Below are positions 51,083 to 64,000 of a stretch of 64,000 bases of DNA, piece by piece. Each line of letters opens with the position of its first letter. Position 1 is the stretch's first letter. The notes beneath the pieces were generated by a model, which had not been told where the DNA came from, ran no database searches, and saw only the letters and a program-made list of their open reading frames with translations. Source of the DNA: Lama glama. Its lineage: Eukaryota. The DNA is taken from positions 12,278,001 through 12,342,000 of the forward strand of contig CM052832.1 in the NCBI GenBank assembly GCA_028534125.1, in the 5' to 3' direction. A program made the position numbers and the translations under genes.

Positions 51083-53879
51083 CATCCTGTCTCCAACTGT
51101 TGTTAACACTTCAAGACTCTTCTTCTGCTTTTCTGTGAGGGTACCTTACCATGAAGATGAATTTATGCTACTTCCTATGTACACAAAGACCCTACTGCCT
51201 CTGAGCTGAAGGTGGAACAGATCCTGGGCTAAGTATAGGAATAAAAAGAAGCACCTCTCTCTGTTATACTTATAATCTTCTTATACAAACATGATGGTGC
51301 AATTTCTCTAAGATACATTTCTGCTGAATACCCCTACTTGTATTCTGCTCTTAGAATATGATTTATACAGACTTACTCCTCATACTGTTTTCTTCCTATT
51401 CCTGCTAACTCTCTGAATATCTCTGGATTGTAATTATAGTATTTTATTTATATAAAATCAGCTTCCCCCCTCCATGTAAAAAAAATCTGTCCACAGAAGT
51501 TTATTATTTGCAGGATGATACAAAAAAAATTACCACCAACAGCAAAAGAAAAGCCAGTTGTTTTTACTTGAAATTTTTCTCCTTTTAATGGTCAGAAAAG
51601 GTAAATCATGCCTTTTTGCCTTTTTATGGATCCCACAGGCAGAAGTCAAAGCTTCCTCTTCCCAACTACCCTGACAGCTTCCTATAGCTCATATACCAGG
51701 TCTCTTTAAAAAGGTAGAGTTGAGGGTGAGGAACCCATAAACACATAAAACACTCAAGTTCATCTAAAAAAATGTGGCCACCACCCCCATTTGGTAGGTG
51801 CCATTCCTACTGCACTATTTATTTAAAGGGTGGAGCTAAACTCTACAGAGCAGTGGCTGCTCGGCAGAACCTGTCAGACTAGCAATACAGTAGTCATCCT
51901 TTGTAGCTGGTACTGGCCTGGCACCACTTTCTTGTTTTAGCTTCTCCATTAGCAAGACCTGTCCTGCTCGCCCAACTAAACCATATTATGTTCCCCATAG
52001 ATTTTTCAGTTACTCATTGTAACTGACAAATTACCCTCAATAGATGATCTTTCCTTTTTATAACCTGCTTGGATATTTTAGAGTTCAACAACATTACAAT
52101 GCATTGATTTTTTAAAATATTACACTTATAGCCTCAGTAGAGTACAGGATAAGGTAGCACTATTAAGGTGAGACAAACACAGAGAAAGCAAGATTAAGAA
52201 ACCCAAGAGAAATATGTACTTCTCAAAGGCCACATGCCTTACCGTTCTGTGACCACAAACCATGCTCTATGACCACGAGGGTACAATTACTCTTACAGTG
52301 CTAAGACTGGCCTTAGACTTCTGTTCTACTATCTTTTCCAGTATTTCCAGAAAACTAAGATTAGCCAGAGTTTATTTTCGTCTATCCAAAGAAAAGCAAA
52401 TTTGAGAGAATCCATGAAATATCTATATGCCCAGATTTATTTTCATATAACTATGTATAAAGCAGGCAATACTATTTTCATTTAGTATCTTAGAACACTC
52501 ATTTAGAAGCTAAACTGCCTAAAAATATGAAGTCTTCTACTTCTTCTGTTGTTACACGAAGCCTAGAGGTTTTCAAATTATGCCTTATAAAATCATACAA
52601 CTGTTTTGAGCAGCTGGGCAGCCAGTCTCCCTACTGGTGACTCACTTGAAGAAACCTGGAGGGAAGGGACAAGCCAAAAGTCTTCAAATAATGTTGTATC
52701 CCCAGTTCTTGGCCTCCAAAGCATGAATGACTTGCCCAAGGGTTAATGTGTCTTTTGCTAGGATGACTGAAAATAAGCATACTTAATGGAAAAACACTTG
52801 ACTAATGGGGTAGGGTGAGGGCGTGGGTAAAGAAGAATGAGATACTAACTCAATTTTTCTTACTTTCTGTTAAAAATATACATATAGACAAATCATCAAA
52901 TACTCCCATGCTTATCACCCCACTCCTGTGAAGCTTAAATATCCTCCCTGTGGATGTTTTTAATTTTCCAATTGTTTTGCCTGCCTGACTTGTAATACAA
53001 GCCTCTAACCACAGGGGCAGAATCAGCTATATTTAGTACTCCACTGGTGCCCAACAGCAAAACAATAATAAGACGAAGACAGAGACAAAGAGGAGGAGTA
53101 GAAGGAGGATCTTCTCTGTAACAGAGGACAAGTTCCTAATGATGATAATCTTGCAATAAGAGGCTGTGCTTCAGGTTTAAAGTAAGGGGAAAAAAATGTC
53201 TGAAAGTTTATATTTTGCTATTTAAAAAAATCAGCTTGAATGCATAACTAAGTAGATGCTAAAATTAAATGGCTGATTTGTTTTTAAACTATTTTTGTTC
53301 CTAATTAAGCATCAACTTAATTCAGTTCCTCTCTCTACCTATCACTTAAGTTTTTTCCTTCTAAGATTCAGTCTTTTGACTCATTACTTCCAGGATAATC
53401 CTTAAGCTTATAAATAAATGTCTCTGTCTCATTTTAACTCTTCCTGATGTTGAGACTAAATGAACCTAAAGTTAGAACTCGATCTGATGACAAGAAGACC
53501 CAGAGAAAGCCTTGTCTTGGCTCCTCCTGCCACCCCCGAGTGGGTATGTTAGGCGTTCATTACTAAGGGCTGTGTCGGTGTTGATGGGGGCACTACCAAG
53601 TGTGTAGAGGGTTGAAAGCCGCCTTAAGAAAATGGCTTATGAAAGAAAGAGAAATAACCTCATCTGTAAAATGAGCTGCTAGAAAATCAGAGGCAAGGAA
53701 TTTTGCATAAAGTTATTATGAAGATTATCTTTAGTCCATATTTGAAACATGAGAGGAACAAGTATCTAACATTTTAACCTCAATTCAACCAACTTGGCTC
53801 AATACTCTTCACTTGAAGAATATTATTTTTCAAGATGCCCAAATTATGAACAACCAACCATACTAAAAAATCAACTATA

Positions 53880-54082
53880 TATTTTATTAATGTTAACTTT
53901 CCAATTTTGACAACTGTACTGTGGCTGTATAAGATAATACTTTGACTTTAAGAACTGCACACTCAAGATTTTAGTACAACAAAGGCAACTTACTTGGGAA
54001 TCTGCATGAGGGAGTACCTCGGAATTCTATGTAATCTTCTTGAAAATTTTCTGTAAGACTGAAACTATTGAAAAAAAAAAAA
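53880..54082 (+). mobile_element. Old L1M 3' end fragment
   Basis: aatgttaactttccaattttgacaactgtactgtggct...ttttctgtaagactgaaactatt plus A tail. Confidence 0.6.
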
Positions 54083-55874
54083 CCAAAACCCAACAACAAC
54101 TATATCTCAGAGTAGCCATACTTGGAAATGACTGGCTAGAGTGCCTGCTGAATTCCTTTCCCAAAATGCAGATATTATTTAGGTCTGATGGGAATGTGAA
54201 CAACAAAGCAGTTGCAGCAGGTAATCAACAGTAAGGTCAAAGCTCACACTTCCGCAGGTTTGCAGTTAAGGCAACACTTAACCTCTAAGTGCACCTTACT
54301 GATCAGTCACGGACTTCTACATGTCACTATCTTAGTCTACTTCCTCCAATCCCAGTAAGGGCCTGGTTTTAACTGCGTCAATTAGTGCAATGGCTGTTCC
54401 AGAAAGGATGATGACCAGACCCTAAGATGTGATTTTAATCTTCTAGAAACAGATTTATCAACAGGACACCAAAGGAGAAGTAAATCTGAATCCTCGTCAG
54501 TTACAGGAATGCCAAGCTGGAAAACAGACTCCGCTGCAGCTAATACCCCCCATTAAGGTCAGTACTACACAAGCTCCCTTCCCTAGACCAACTTTCTTTT
54601 AAAAGCCACCCTGCATATTTGAGCATGTAATTCAAGTTGCAATGTAGTAACATCTTTGGAGAAGAGCTGTTCAACTTTCTCTGGAAACAAAAAGGCAGCA
54701 CCCAGCGTATTTTTTTTCAAGTAAATCTTAGCCCACATTCAAGGTGAAAACCTTAAAGAATGTCTCCTGTATTCTTTCTTTATCCCTTGATAAAGTAACA
54801 GAAAAATTAACAACCTGAGTTAAATGCCGTTTTCTACTTATACATGTATACATTTTTAATAAGTTTTGAAAGGGTGGATGAATATGGGAAACGCATAACA
54901 TGTAACTAATTCCCCTGTCCATTGAGCTAAAAGAGATGTGGTTTATTTAAAATTCTGAGTGGTGGTTCTGCTATTTGGGAATGGCTTTCTGAAACTCTGT
55001 GGGTGGATACTGGTAATGAAACAGAGAATTCAGAACGGCAGGGAGCATAAGGCCAAATAAGCTTTTATAGCAGAGTGTGTGTGTGCACTAAAAATAATTA
55101 TACATATGTAGCAGGAGGCTGGTTAACTGAGCCCACAGAGGCACTTGGCTGTTCAGATAACTAATCACAATATGAAGTCCCCCATGAAAAGAATGCTTCC
55201 AAGGTTAAATTGTCTGATTTTTAATCATAAAGAAGTAAATTTATTGGCTAAAGTTCTCTTGTGTTGTTGGTTTGGATACAACAGCCAGTGTTTTTTATCA
55301 AGATTTTAACTATAAGAAAACTATCAACCCTTTGTGGCTCCTAAATTGTGATTTGCCCCAGAAAGAAGACAAGTTCTCAATTATACATATAAAAGCTTAG
55401 AGAAAAGATCAGAAAACAATAGGTTTTTTTTTTTTCTGGAAGGCAAGCTTGTGAAATTTCTGTAAGAATTACTACTTCCCACCAATACATACAACAAAAT
55501 TTTACTTTTAAAACAAGGCCTAGAAACAAAACAAAACAGAACAGAAAAGAAGTTTGATTTCCCTGTTCTGATGCCCAGTTTTCTTAAGAAAAGGGTTTTC
55601 TGGGCTTCTGGTCGTTCACAGCTTTCATCTGTTCAAACAGGGCTGCTAACTGCCCTCCACTGCTCCCCTGACTTGGCTAACCTCCACTTCTCTCTTTCCA
55701 CTCTGCACTCTCCCATCTGCTTGGCCTTGGGTCTTCATCACCAGCTTCTGACTCCACTTTTTTTTCCCAACAAGACGATCTGAGTTATGAGAGTCCTTTC
55801 TCACTTTCCTCTACACTCCGTCGAATTTCTCTTTACCTTCCTTCCACTGGGGCCATTACTTCTACCCACATCTC

Positions 55875-56075
55875 TATTACTGATTGAGCATTTATCAGGC
55901 ACTATGTTAGATGTTTTAAATGGATTATCTCATTTCCCTCATAACAACTCAATGGCTGGGTCTGTTATTTTGCAGACGAGAAAAATCAAGGCTCAGTGAG
56001 AGGTCCAACAATTCTTCCAGTGATACGGCTGGTAAAAGGGAGCACTAGAAATGTGAACCCAAGTAGTCTGCCTCT
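55875..56075 (-). mobile_element. MIR
   Basis: attgagcattta...ggcactatgttag...ttatctcatt..cctcataacaac...attttgcagacgagaaaatcaaggctcag...tgaacccaag. Confidence 0.75.
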
Positions 56076-57049
56076 CTAGACAGCCCACATGCCCAATCAC
56101 CAACATCTATATGTCCTTTCCCTTCAGAATTAGGGGTTTCAACTTGGGCACATTCCCATCCCCTAGATTTCCAAAGAACCACAACATTCTATTGAGGCTA
56201 CCCTTTCCTTCTGTCTTCTATCAATGAATAATTCAGAAGGCACAATCCTGACTTCGTCCCAGATAACTTTTAGTTCAAAAGGAGTAAACACATTTTCCTC
56301 TGACCCCTCCCCTTAGGCCCAACTGAAATAAAAGCACAAACATAACAAGAAAAATGAACCTACTATAATAAACATAATCATGTATGTTTAACATAATCAG
56401 TAAAAATTTTAAACAAATTTCTAGGTGTTAACAGCAATGGGAATGGGTTAAAGCTGAAACTGGTGACTGCAGAGGTGGTAGCCACTGCATGCAGTCAGTC
56501 CAAAGAGAAGCAGAATGAGAAGCAGGGCAGAAAGCAGGGGGATCCACTGAAAGTATATCTGTAAAACAAGTGTACTGGTCCACACCTTCCACTCTTGGCA
56601 GCAGGCCACATTTACCTGGCAAAAATTTGAACAGCTTCATCTAGAGAGACTGAATGGCCTGCCTAAGCAAAGTTGTTTTTATGGTTCCTCACAGTCAAGA
56701 CCTCCTCCTCCTCAATTTGAAAGCCTGATGGCAGGCTCTCAACTTCCTCACAACAAACTGTCAGTTAACACCTCTTACCCACTCCATTCCACACAAAGCC
56801 CCCAAAAGAAATTCCCAGTCAAGAAAGAGCCATGGTAGAAACGTTCCCCCATCCACCTTCACTGTTCTTAAAAGTCAGCAGAAAACCAAGCTTCATCAAG
56901 CAAATGTGGAGACCCTGAAGCATGAAGACTAAGATAAATATGAAAATTGGCCTCAAAGCAATCACAGATTACTCAGCAAACAGAAAAGCACAAGTCTAAC
57001 CACTAATTAACATACTCAGAAGATGTTGCTATATAATAATTATTATTAT

Positions 57050-57700
57050 ATTCATAAACAAGAACAAGATACTATGGAAAAGAAGCCTTCAGAGAACAAG
57101 AGCAAGCTCACTGAAAGTATGACTGCTGAAATACAATCAAAAAAAAAGTTTGACGATAGAGTCAACAGAAATCACCTAGGATGGAGAATGTGAGAAAGGA
57201 GTTCAGAGAAAAGATCACCATCTAGCAGGTCCAACATCTATATTAATGAGTCCCAAAAGAGAAGAGGACACTGGCTTGGGGGAATATCAAAGACAGTGTG
57301 CAACTCCATGAAGGAGGACGTCCGTCTTTAGATCTTAGAGGCCTGGCAAGTATCCAGCATCTTGAATGGGGTAAAAAGGACAACCACTAGATACTTTACT
57401 GCAAATTTTAGAACACCAAGGATAAAAACATGATCCTAAGAGTTCTAGAGGTGGAAAAATCCCAGATGGACTACTTATAAAAATGAAAGTCAGTGGCATC
57501 TGACTTCTCAGTAATAACATGGAATGCTAGAAGATATGGAAGCAATGATTTTTATCCAAGAATTCTATACTTAGTCAAACTTTTCATTAAGCTGAGGGCA
57601 GAAAAAAAACATTTTCAGATATGCAAGAACCCCAGGAACTTACTTAGGGGTTGTATTCCAAAAAATGAGGGAACAGAAGAGAGAACAGTAAAGGGGAGTT
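57050..57700 (+). mobile_element. Highly degenerate L1M ORF1-region fragment
   Basis: A-rich strand bias and motifs ggtccaacatctatattaatgagtcccaaaa, gcatctgacttctca...tggaatgctagaaga...tggaagcaatg, ccaagaattctatac. Confidence 0.6.
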
Positions 57701-57822
57701 CTGGGGTGACACAATAGTGTTTAAAACATCTAGGCTAGACTGCAGCAGAAAGATGTTGGGCTCCAGGAGGGAGGTCTTGGGTAAAAGGTGGACATACAGG
57801 TTAGGAACAAAGAAGGGTAAAT

Positions 57823-58197
57823 AGGCAAAATTCTACCAGCAGAAGCAGGTCAGTGGTTGCCTGGAACGGGCATAGGAGAATGTAGGGAATGACTGAAAAG
57901 GGGGCACATGGGAACTTCTGGGGTGATAGAAGTATTCTAAAACTTGAATTTGCACAACTTTAGAGTTACTAAAACTCACTGAACAATAAAATAGGTGAAT
58001 TTTATTGTATGTAAATTATACATCAAAAAATTCTGAAACACACACACACACACACACCTTGCTGGGCAAAGAATTAACTGAAATTATTTACTCTAAGAAT
58101 TAAACCAAAAAAATTCATTTTCTTTTGCAATAAGCCTTTTTTTTTCTTTCCATAAAAAAAGTATTCTAAACAGGGTAATCTAACCAAATAGTCCTAA
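57823..58197 (+). repeat. Local duplication, copy B (paralogue of 35991-36397)
   Basis: Shared blocks include cagcagaagcaggtcagtggttgcct, ccttgctgggcaaagaattaactgaaattatttactct and gtattctaaacagggtaatcta(g/a)ccaaatagtcctaa. Confidence 0.92.
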
Positions 58198-59665
58198 ATT
58201 CTAAGGGAGCTAATTCTTCTGGGTTTTTGCTTCTAAAGAATCCTGCTTGTGTACCTCTTCTATTCCTCCTCTAATATTTGCTATTTCTTTCTCTTCTGTA
58301 CTTTTCCTTTGTATCTTAACAAGGGCAAAATAGTTCCCTATCTTAACCACCTCTACACCAAGAAATGCCATGACCCTGTTTCTCCATCCAATCACCACTA
58401 TTTATTGGTTTTTAATGGTTCAACTAACTCCTTAGCTGAATGACTTTCCTGCTGCCTTGATTCCCTTGTTACCAAATGCCTCTTTATAATGATCTCCCAT
58501 CAGGCTTTGGTTTCCCATCACATTACACTAACTTCTTTCTGGTTTCCCAATGATTTCTGTTAGCCACAGGCAACAACTTCTTAGTCCTCCTATTTCCTGG
58601 CCCCTCTTCTTGTGCACCCTTCACGATGCTGTAAGAAGTTTTCTCCTTTCTTTAGCTCCCTTAACTCACTGGCCCCTCTTCCTTCCCAGCCCCTAAGTAT
58701 ATTCCTTAGCCCCGTGATCTTCTGTACCCATTCCCTTACCCATCTGCACACCTTTCATGTCTGCTTCTAGATAGATGATTTCCAAACTAGATCTATACTT
58801 ATAATTTCTTACAGGACTATCTACAATAACCTAAACTTCATCTCATCAAAAACTGAAAATAGTTTCAACCAGTTTTTCTTCCCATTCTTTCCCTGCCTTC
58901 AGTCACATCTTTTTTTCCTCAGTTCCCGTAACTTCAGCCAACTCCAATCAGCTATCAAATACTGTTGTCACTATTATTTTAAAACATTCTTCTCAGGGTT
59001 ACCTTTTGTTCTCCATTCCACTGGCCACTTACCCATGAAACACTCTGAATGAATGTGATAAGCAGGAATCAATACTGTGATAAGTCAAATATTACTTTAT
59101 ATGGAAAAGGGAAACAACTACCCACATTAACCCAGTGGCAAGACATTTTGTAGACAGAAGGGCTCTATCACATTAATTCTTGGTTTACCTGGTCTGTATT
59201 ATTGAGATGATCATATATCAGGCTTCTTTAAAATAACTTAAGGCATCAAAAAACTCCAAAGAAAAACTACAACTTCTCTAACAGCAAAAAGTCTCCTGAT
59301 AGGTTTTGAGGGTACTGCATAAAGAGGTGTATTCATTTAAAGGCACAAGTGACAAACAATTCACTACCAAAATGCTCATAAACTCCTGGATCAAACTGGT
59401 AAACTCTTTTCAAAGCATTCCTCTGTGGCTCTGCAAAGGTTTCTATCTCAAAGGTCTAATTACTGTGATTTAGTGAAGTTGAGTGATCAAAGTTGAACAG
59501 AGCTGTATCTCAATCTTCCCAAGTATTAAGTGCTTATCTGTGACTCTAAAGCATAGCCAAACTGCATATCTGCAGTTTTCTGTTCACTAGAAAACACAGT
59601 CTTGCCCACTGCTAGACTTTGCCTCCACATTCCAGTATCCCTTTATCACTGTCACTGACTCTAAG

Positions 59666-59791
59666 GCACTAAATTCTAAGCATTTCACCAGGAAGATAAC
59701 TGTTTAAAAGAAAACACACACACACACACACACATACACACACACAAGCACTAAATTCTAAGCATTTCACCAGGAAGATAACTGTTTAAAA
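59666..59791 (+). repeat. 44 bp perfect direct repeat flanking a (CA)n tract
   Basis: gcactaaattctaagcatttcaccaggaagataactgtttaaaa at 59666-59709 and 59748-59791, with g-aaaa-(ca)n between. Confidence 0.95.
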
Positions 59792-62700
59792 AGTTTCCAG
59801 GGATAAGATTTATACTTATCACTGCTTTTGCATGTTCCTACAGAATCTACTATAGGACTCTGTCACAGTGGTCTTTTAATAAAGTACTAGACTGGCTGGC
59901 TGACTACAGGGTCTCGGCTTGTCCTGTATCCCAGGTAAGCAACCACATCTGACGGTGTGATCTATAACCAAGACAACAGGCAATACAGTAAGATCACAGC
60001 TTTAATCAGCCATGATTATGAAATATTTCTGAAACTCTTCACCGGGGGCTGCCGCAGAAGTAGACAGAAGTATGAGGAATAAATGCCAGCCCACCTGCTG
60101 GCAGCAGAGGCAATGGGACTGCCTCTTCAGATAGATGAGCAAGCAGGAAAACAGATAACACAACTTGTCTTGGAAGCAAGCAGCACGATGAGGCAGTAAA
60201 AACCCATCAGCATACATCATCCTATCACAGCCCAGTGTCATTCCCAGCCTCTATCAGCCCTCGCTGCATCAGCGCAAGTCCCAGACACTTTATCCTGTTT
60301 ATAATTGCTGATGAGCAGTAATAAGGGCTCCATGCCTCAGCTCCGTCCGTTCCACTTCGGCACCCACCTATTAGGTAATAACTTTTATTTACAGCCTTGC
60401 TTGATGCGCTGTTCTATTAGTACAGCCAGGAACTGAGTAGGGCAAAAAAAAAAAAGTCTCCTTAATGGGCAGTATCATTGGGAGGCTCAGATGATTTATA
60501 ATGCAGCTTTGTGGTTGTTCCATCACACTCCTGGTAAGACTGCTTCAGGAAAGCGACATTTCTAACATGCTGCCCTCTAACAGGCACACACATATGCTAT
60601 GAAGCAGAACCTGAAAGGCATCCACCAAGATTCCCTCCAGCCCCTGCAAAAAAAATCCAAAAGTTTCGAAGGAGGAGAGGGGTATTAAATTCCCTTGATA
60701 ACCTTTTTAAATAGTGTTGGCTCAGGCATTTTGCCCCAGTGGAGCAATAGAACAGCTAATTAATGGAAGTTCAGGGCTTTTCTCCTTGGTAAGAGTGCAA
60801 GCTATGATAAAATAAATGACCATAAAGGCAAAAAAAAAAAAAAAAAAGCCCTGTGATAACTGCATTCAAAGATCCAAGCAAACTGAATTTGCACAAAGTA
60901 TGTGGACCAAGAGCAGCTCAACACCAAAGCCTTGGGGGTCTCACACACACACACAAACAAAAGCAACAAGCCTCATTACATTTTCTTCTCCGTTTTGTAC
61001 TGGAGTGCATTTTTATCCTTCAAGTATAAAAATTCCTCTTGATAAGACTGGCACCCTGGCTTGATATTCACTTGTATCAGTCTTTCCTCAGAGGGGAAGC
61101 CACGGCTTCTCACAAGCAAAACCCAAACAAGGCCCGTGACACAAGCCTCTGACTTCAAGTTCTACAAGCCTGTACAAACATGTCTAGCTGGCCTGTAACA
61201 CAAACCACAGCAATTGGTGGCAGTGGGGGCCTAATTCTCATTTAGGGGTACAAATGAAAAATAGCAAGCTCTCCCTAAGCTTTTCTGAATCTATACACTG
61301 TGTGAAGTAATTTAAACTCACCCATTATTTACATACTGCGTATTAGCTCATCTTATTATAATAAGCATAGCTATCTCTTTCTATTCTTTAGTTTATGCAA
61401 CAAACCAAGCAGATTAAAGTTTTCACAGAAAAAAACCCCACAAGAAAAAAGATTTAGCAGATTATTCTCCTTCCCAGTTATCCACTCAATGGCCAAAAAC
61501 CACATACTGTCAGTAAACAATCACTGTGACATACCGTGATAACCTGTGGCTTTTTCCTATGATAAAACACAGCAGAATGACCCCCTTTTAGATTAGAGAA
61601 ATTTTTGCAATCCTGCCAAATATTTAGTATTCATTTTGTCCTCCCCCCACCCCGCCCCGGAATCAGATGAACTCCTGCAGGACTCAAGATGATGAGTGCA
61701 CAAGGTAAAACATTTTTTTAATACTTTTTTCCTTGCCATGACAGATTTACTGTTTTGATCTTTCTTCAATGGTTACATTAAATGCTAATAAAAAATGAAA
61801 GGTTTATATCTTCCCTAATATTCTCCTGATGGGAACTTGCATATTACATAAGTAGGTCAAATTTCTAATTTTCTGTCTCAAATGCTGATACTGCAGACCT
61901 GAGGGAAAAGCTATACCTGACAGACCGAAAAAAAAGAATGAAAAAAGAACTGAATCACACAGTTGAACTTACACCCAAAGCCACCTTCCTTTAAAACTTG
62001 ACAGAGTCCTTCCTCGAAGAGTTACCTACAGTGTATGATACTGACCAATATGTTGGAGTCACTGACTCAAGTCTCTGGGATTAAATGCACCGGTTGAACT
62101 GTTTCTATGAATATTAACTCTACCAGGAGATAAAATACACAATTGTAGGTAGTTCTAAGATTTACAGGGCCACCTCTGGTTTAACACTACTACCCTTTAG
62201 CTTCTGGATCAATTTGAAAGATCTTATATAAACCTCCTGGTAACATAACGACAATGAAACACGTCCCTTTAACTGGCTTCTGAACACTGATGTGGAAAGT
62301 GTTTAGCACATCAATCTTCTCTTAACTCCCAGGTGAAAAGGAGTTTCTACTCTTGTCTTTGTAAGAACAGACAATACTATCACAAGCAGGTTGCCTTAGA
62401 AAAGTGAGTCAAGAAAAGATTTGGGGGGAAAAAAGGAAACAATGAATAATACCAGGCTATCTAGTTCATGTCACTGCTCATCACAGTGAAAGGAAAATAG
62501 GTGACCCGAAAGGATAAACTTGTGCTTTTGAGAAGAAAAGAGGAGAGAAGAGAAGAGATCAGGCGAGGGATATACAGTTAAGACTGAATTAACATGCTTC
62601 TTATAGAGCGGAAAGATGATACTTTCTAGAAAAACCCCCCTTGATGTTTAATGGGACAGTTTCTAGTCCCATCTGCTTTCATCTCAGGCAATACTACAGC

Positions 62701-64000
62701 TCCCTTATAGCCCCACAAATGGTTATTTTATTTGTTATTCTACCAATTATAATCACATTTTAAACATACACACACCATTTTAAAACCATCATTGTCAAGT
62801 TTATCAGGGAGAATACAAAGTTGCTGAAAGAAGAGTACAAGTGAATGCAGTAGTTACGGTCGAGCACAAGTCTGCAGACAGTACCACAAGTATGTAAACC
62901 TGTCTATAACTTTTTCTTATTTTAACTTTAGAAATAAAAGGACTATAAAATGAAAAAACAAACAAATAAAAAAGTCATGTAAGAGAGGTAAACTAGGGAA
63001 GGAGCAGCAATTTCCTTTTTTTTTCATATGCTAAAAAGTCAGTCTTGATAAACTCAACCTAGGGCCCAGAGCTAAGAGATGGTTAACGCCCCACTTGGAA
63101 GGTGCAAGTTTCCCAATGGGTTGGTCACTGTTAAGGATCCTGCTCCAGAACCAGACTATTTCTCTAAGGAAATTTAAGACAAGACATGGTTCTATTACAG
63201 CTTAAATTTTACGTTTCATTAATAGCAAGCTGTGATAAATAAAATACAAAACAACTTATTTCTTTTGCTATAACTCTCTGTAATTTAAGTCTTATGGGAA
63301 AATAGGTTACATAACATGTCTTTCAATAAGAAATCCTAAGAAAACAAACCTCTCTCCTTCCCCACAAGACACTTTAAACATATATGATCTTATGAAGATA
63401 TTCACCTAAATATTCAAATACATTCCATATGAAGTTGTCTAAAGGAGATGCCTATAGCTCAGAATACAACGTTTCGGCTTAAGGTATAACGTGATACTTA
63501 GAAAAAATGAAAGGACAAGAGGGAATCTTCCAGTGGTTTGTTGCCAAAGAAAGCGAACTCTTTCCTTCACAATATACTTGTTCTTGGCAGGAATGTTTTG
63601 AGAATGAACAAGGGAACATGTGCCAAATATTCTGAGCTCTTGAAGAAATGTAAGCTCTCTCTAGTAATCTGAAGGTGTGATATACTTTAACTCTCACATT
63701 TTAACCAAAAGCAACCTGGGACTTGGCAGCACTTTTCAGCTCTTTGCTGACTCCAGACATCCTGGAGCTCTATAAAGCCACATGCCTTTAGTTAATTTTT
63801 CTCTCTTAAACATCAGAACAATCATGATGCCGTTGTAGTTCTCCATCTAAAGATTACACAGACTGTAACTGTTAATAGTGCTGTGACTAAAAGCCATCAT
63901 CTAAAGCCTCTCCCGCCTAGCTCACAAACACGAACTGACCTTTCATTTGCCACTACTGCTACTTTTTGCAATCTGCTTCTTAGACTCACAGTTATCACAA

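Noticed and set aside
43813..64000. Search for the next upstream ZFAND3 exon (…HVSLITPTKRSCG)
   Set aside because: Not found by eye, probably beyond the right edge.
1..64000. CRISPR arrays, operons, tRNA or rRNA genes
   Set aside because: Eukaryotic intron-exon DNA with no repeat-spacer array or structural RNA gene seen.

Overview
Mammalian genomic DNA holding the 3' ends of two convergent (tail-to-tail) genes. On the + strand is the last coding exon of BTBD9 (7734-7931) and its long 3' UTR. On the - strand are the last two coding exons of ZFAND3 (43645-43812 and 17189-17343, which together encode the AN1 zinc finger) and a ~2.1 kb 3' UTR ending near 15075. The rest is intron or intergenic sequence with L1, L2, MIR and MER5A relics, several homeodomain-motif-rich segments that look like conserved enhancers, and two fixed 500-N scaffold gaps. 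The young L1 3' ends are of the cetartiodactyl type and I saw no Alu, B1, Bov-A/tA, PRE-1, CHR or Can SINEs, so a camelid is my best guess (inference). I found no convincing new multi-gene system. The best leads are a ~400 bp diverged direct duplication bracketing the in-frame ZFAND3 exon, a dense MEIS/TALE motif cluster, back-to-back poly(A) signals where the two genes could overlap, a 438-codon antisense open frame, and a 44 bp perfect duplication around a CA microsatellite. Repeat boundaries and subfamily names were judged by eye and are approximate.
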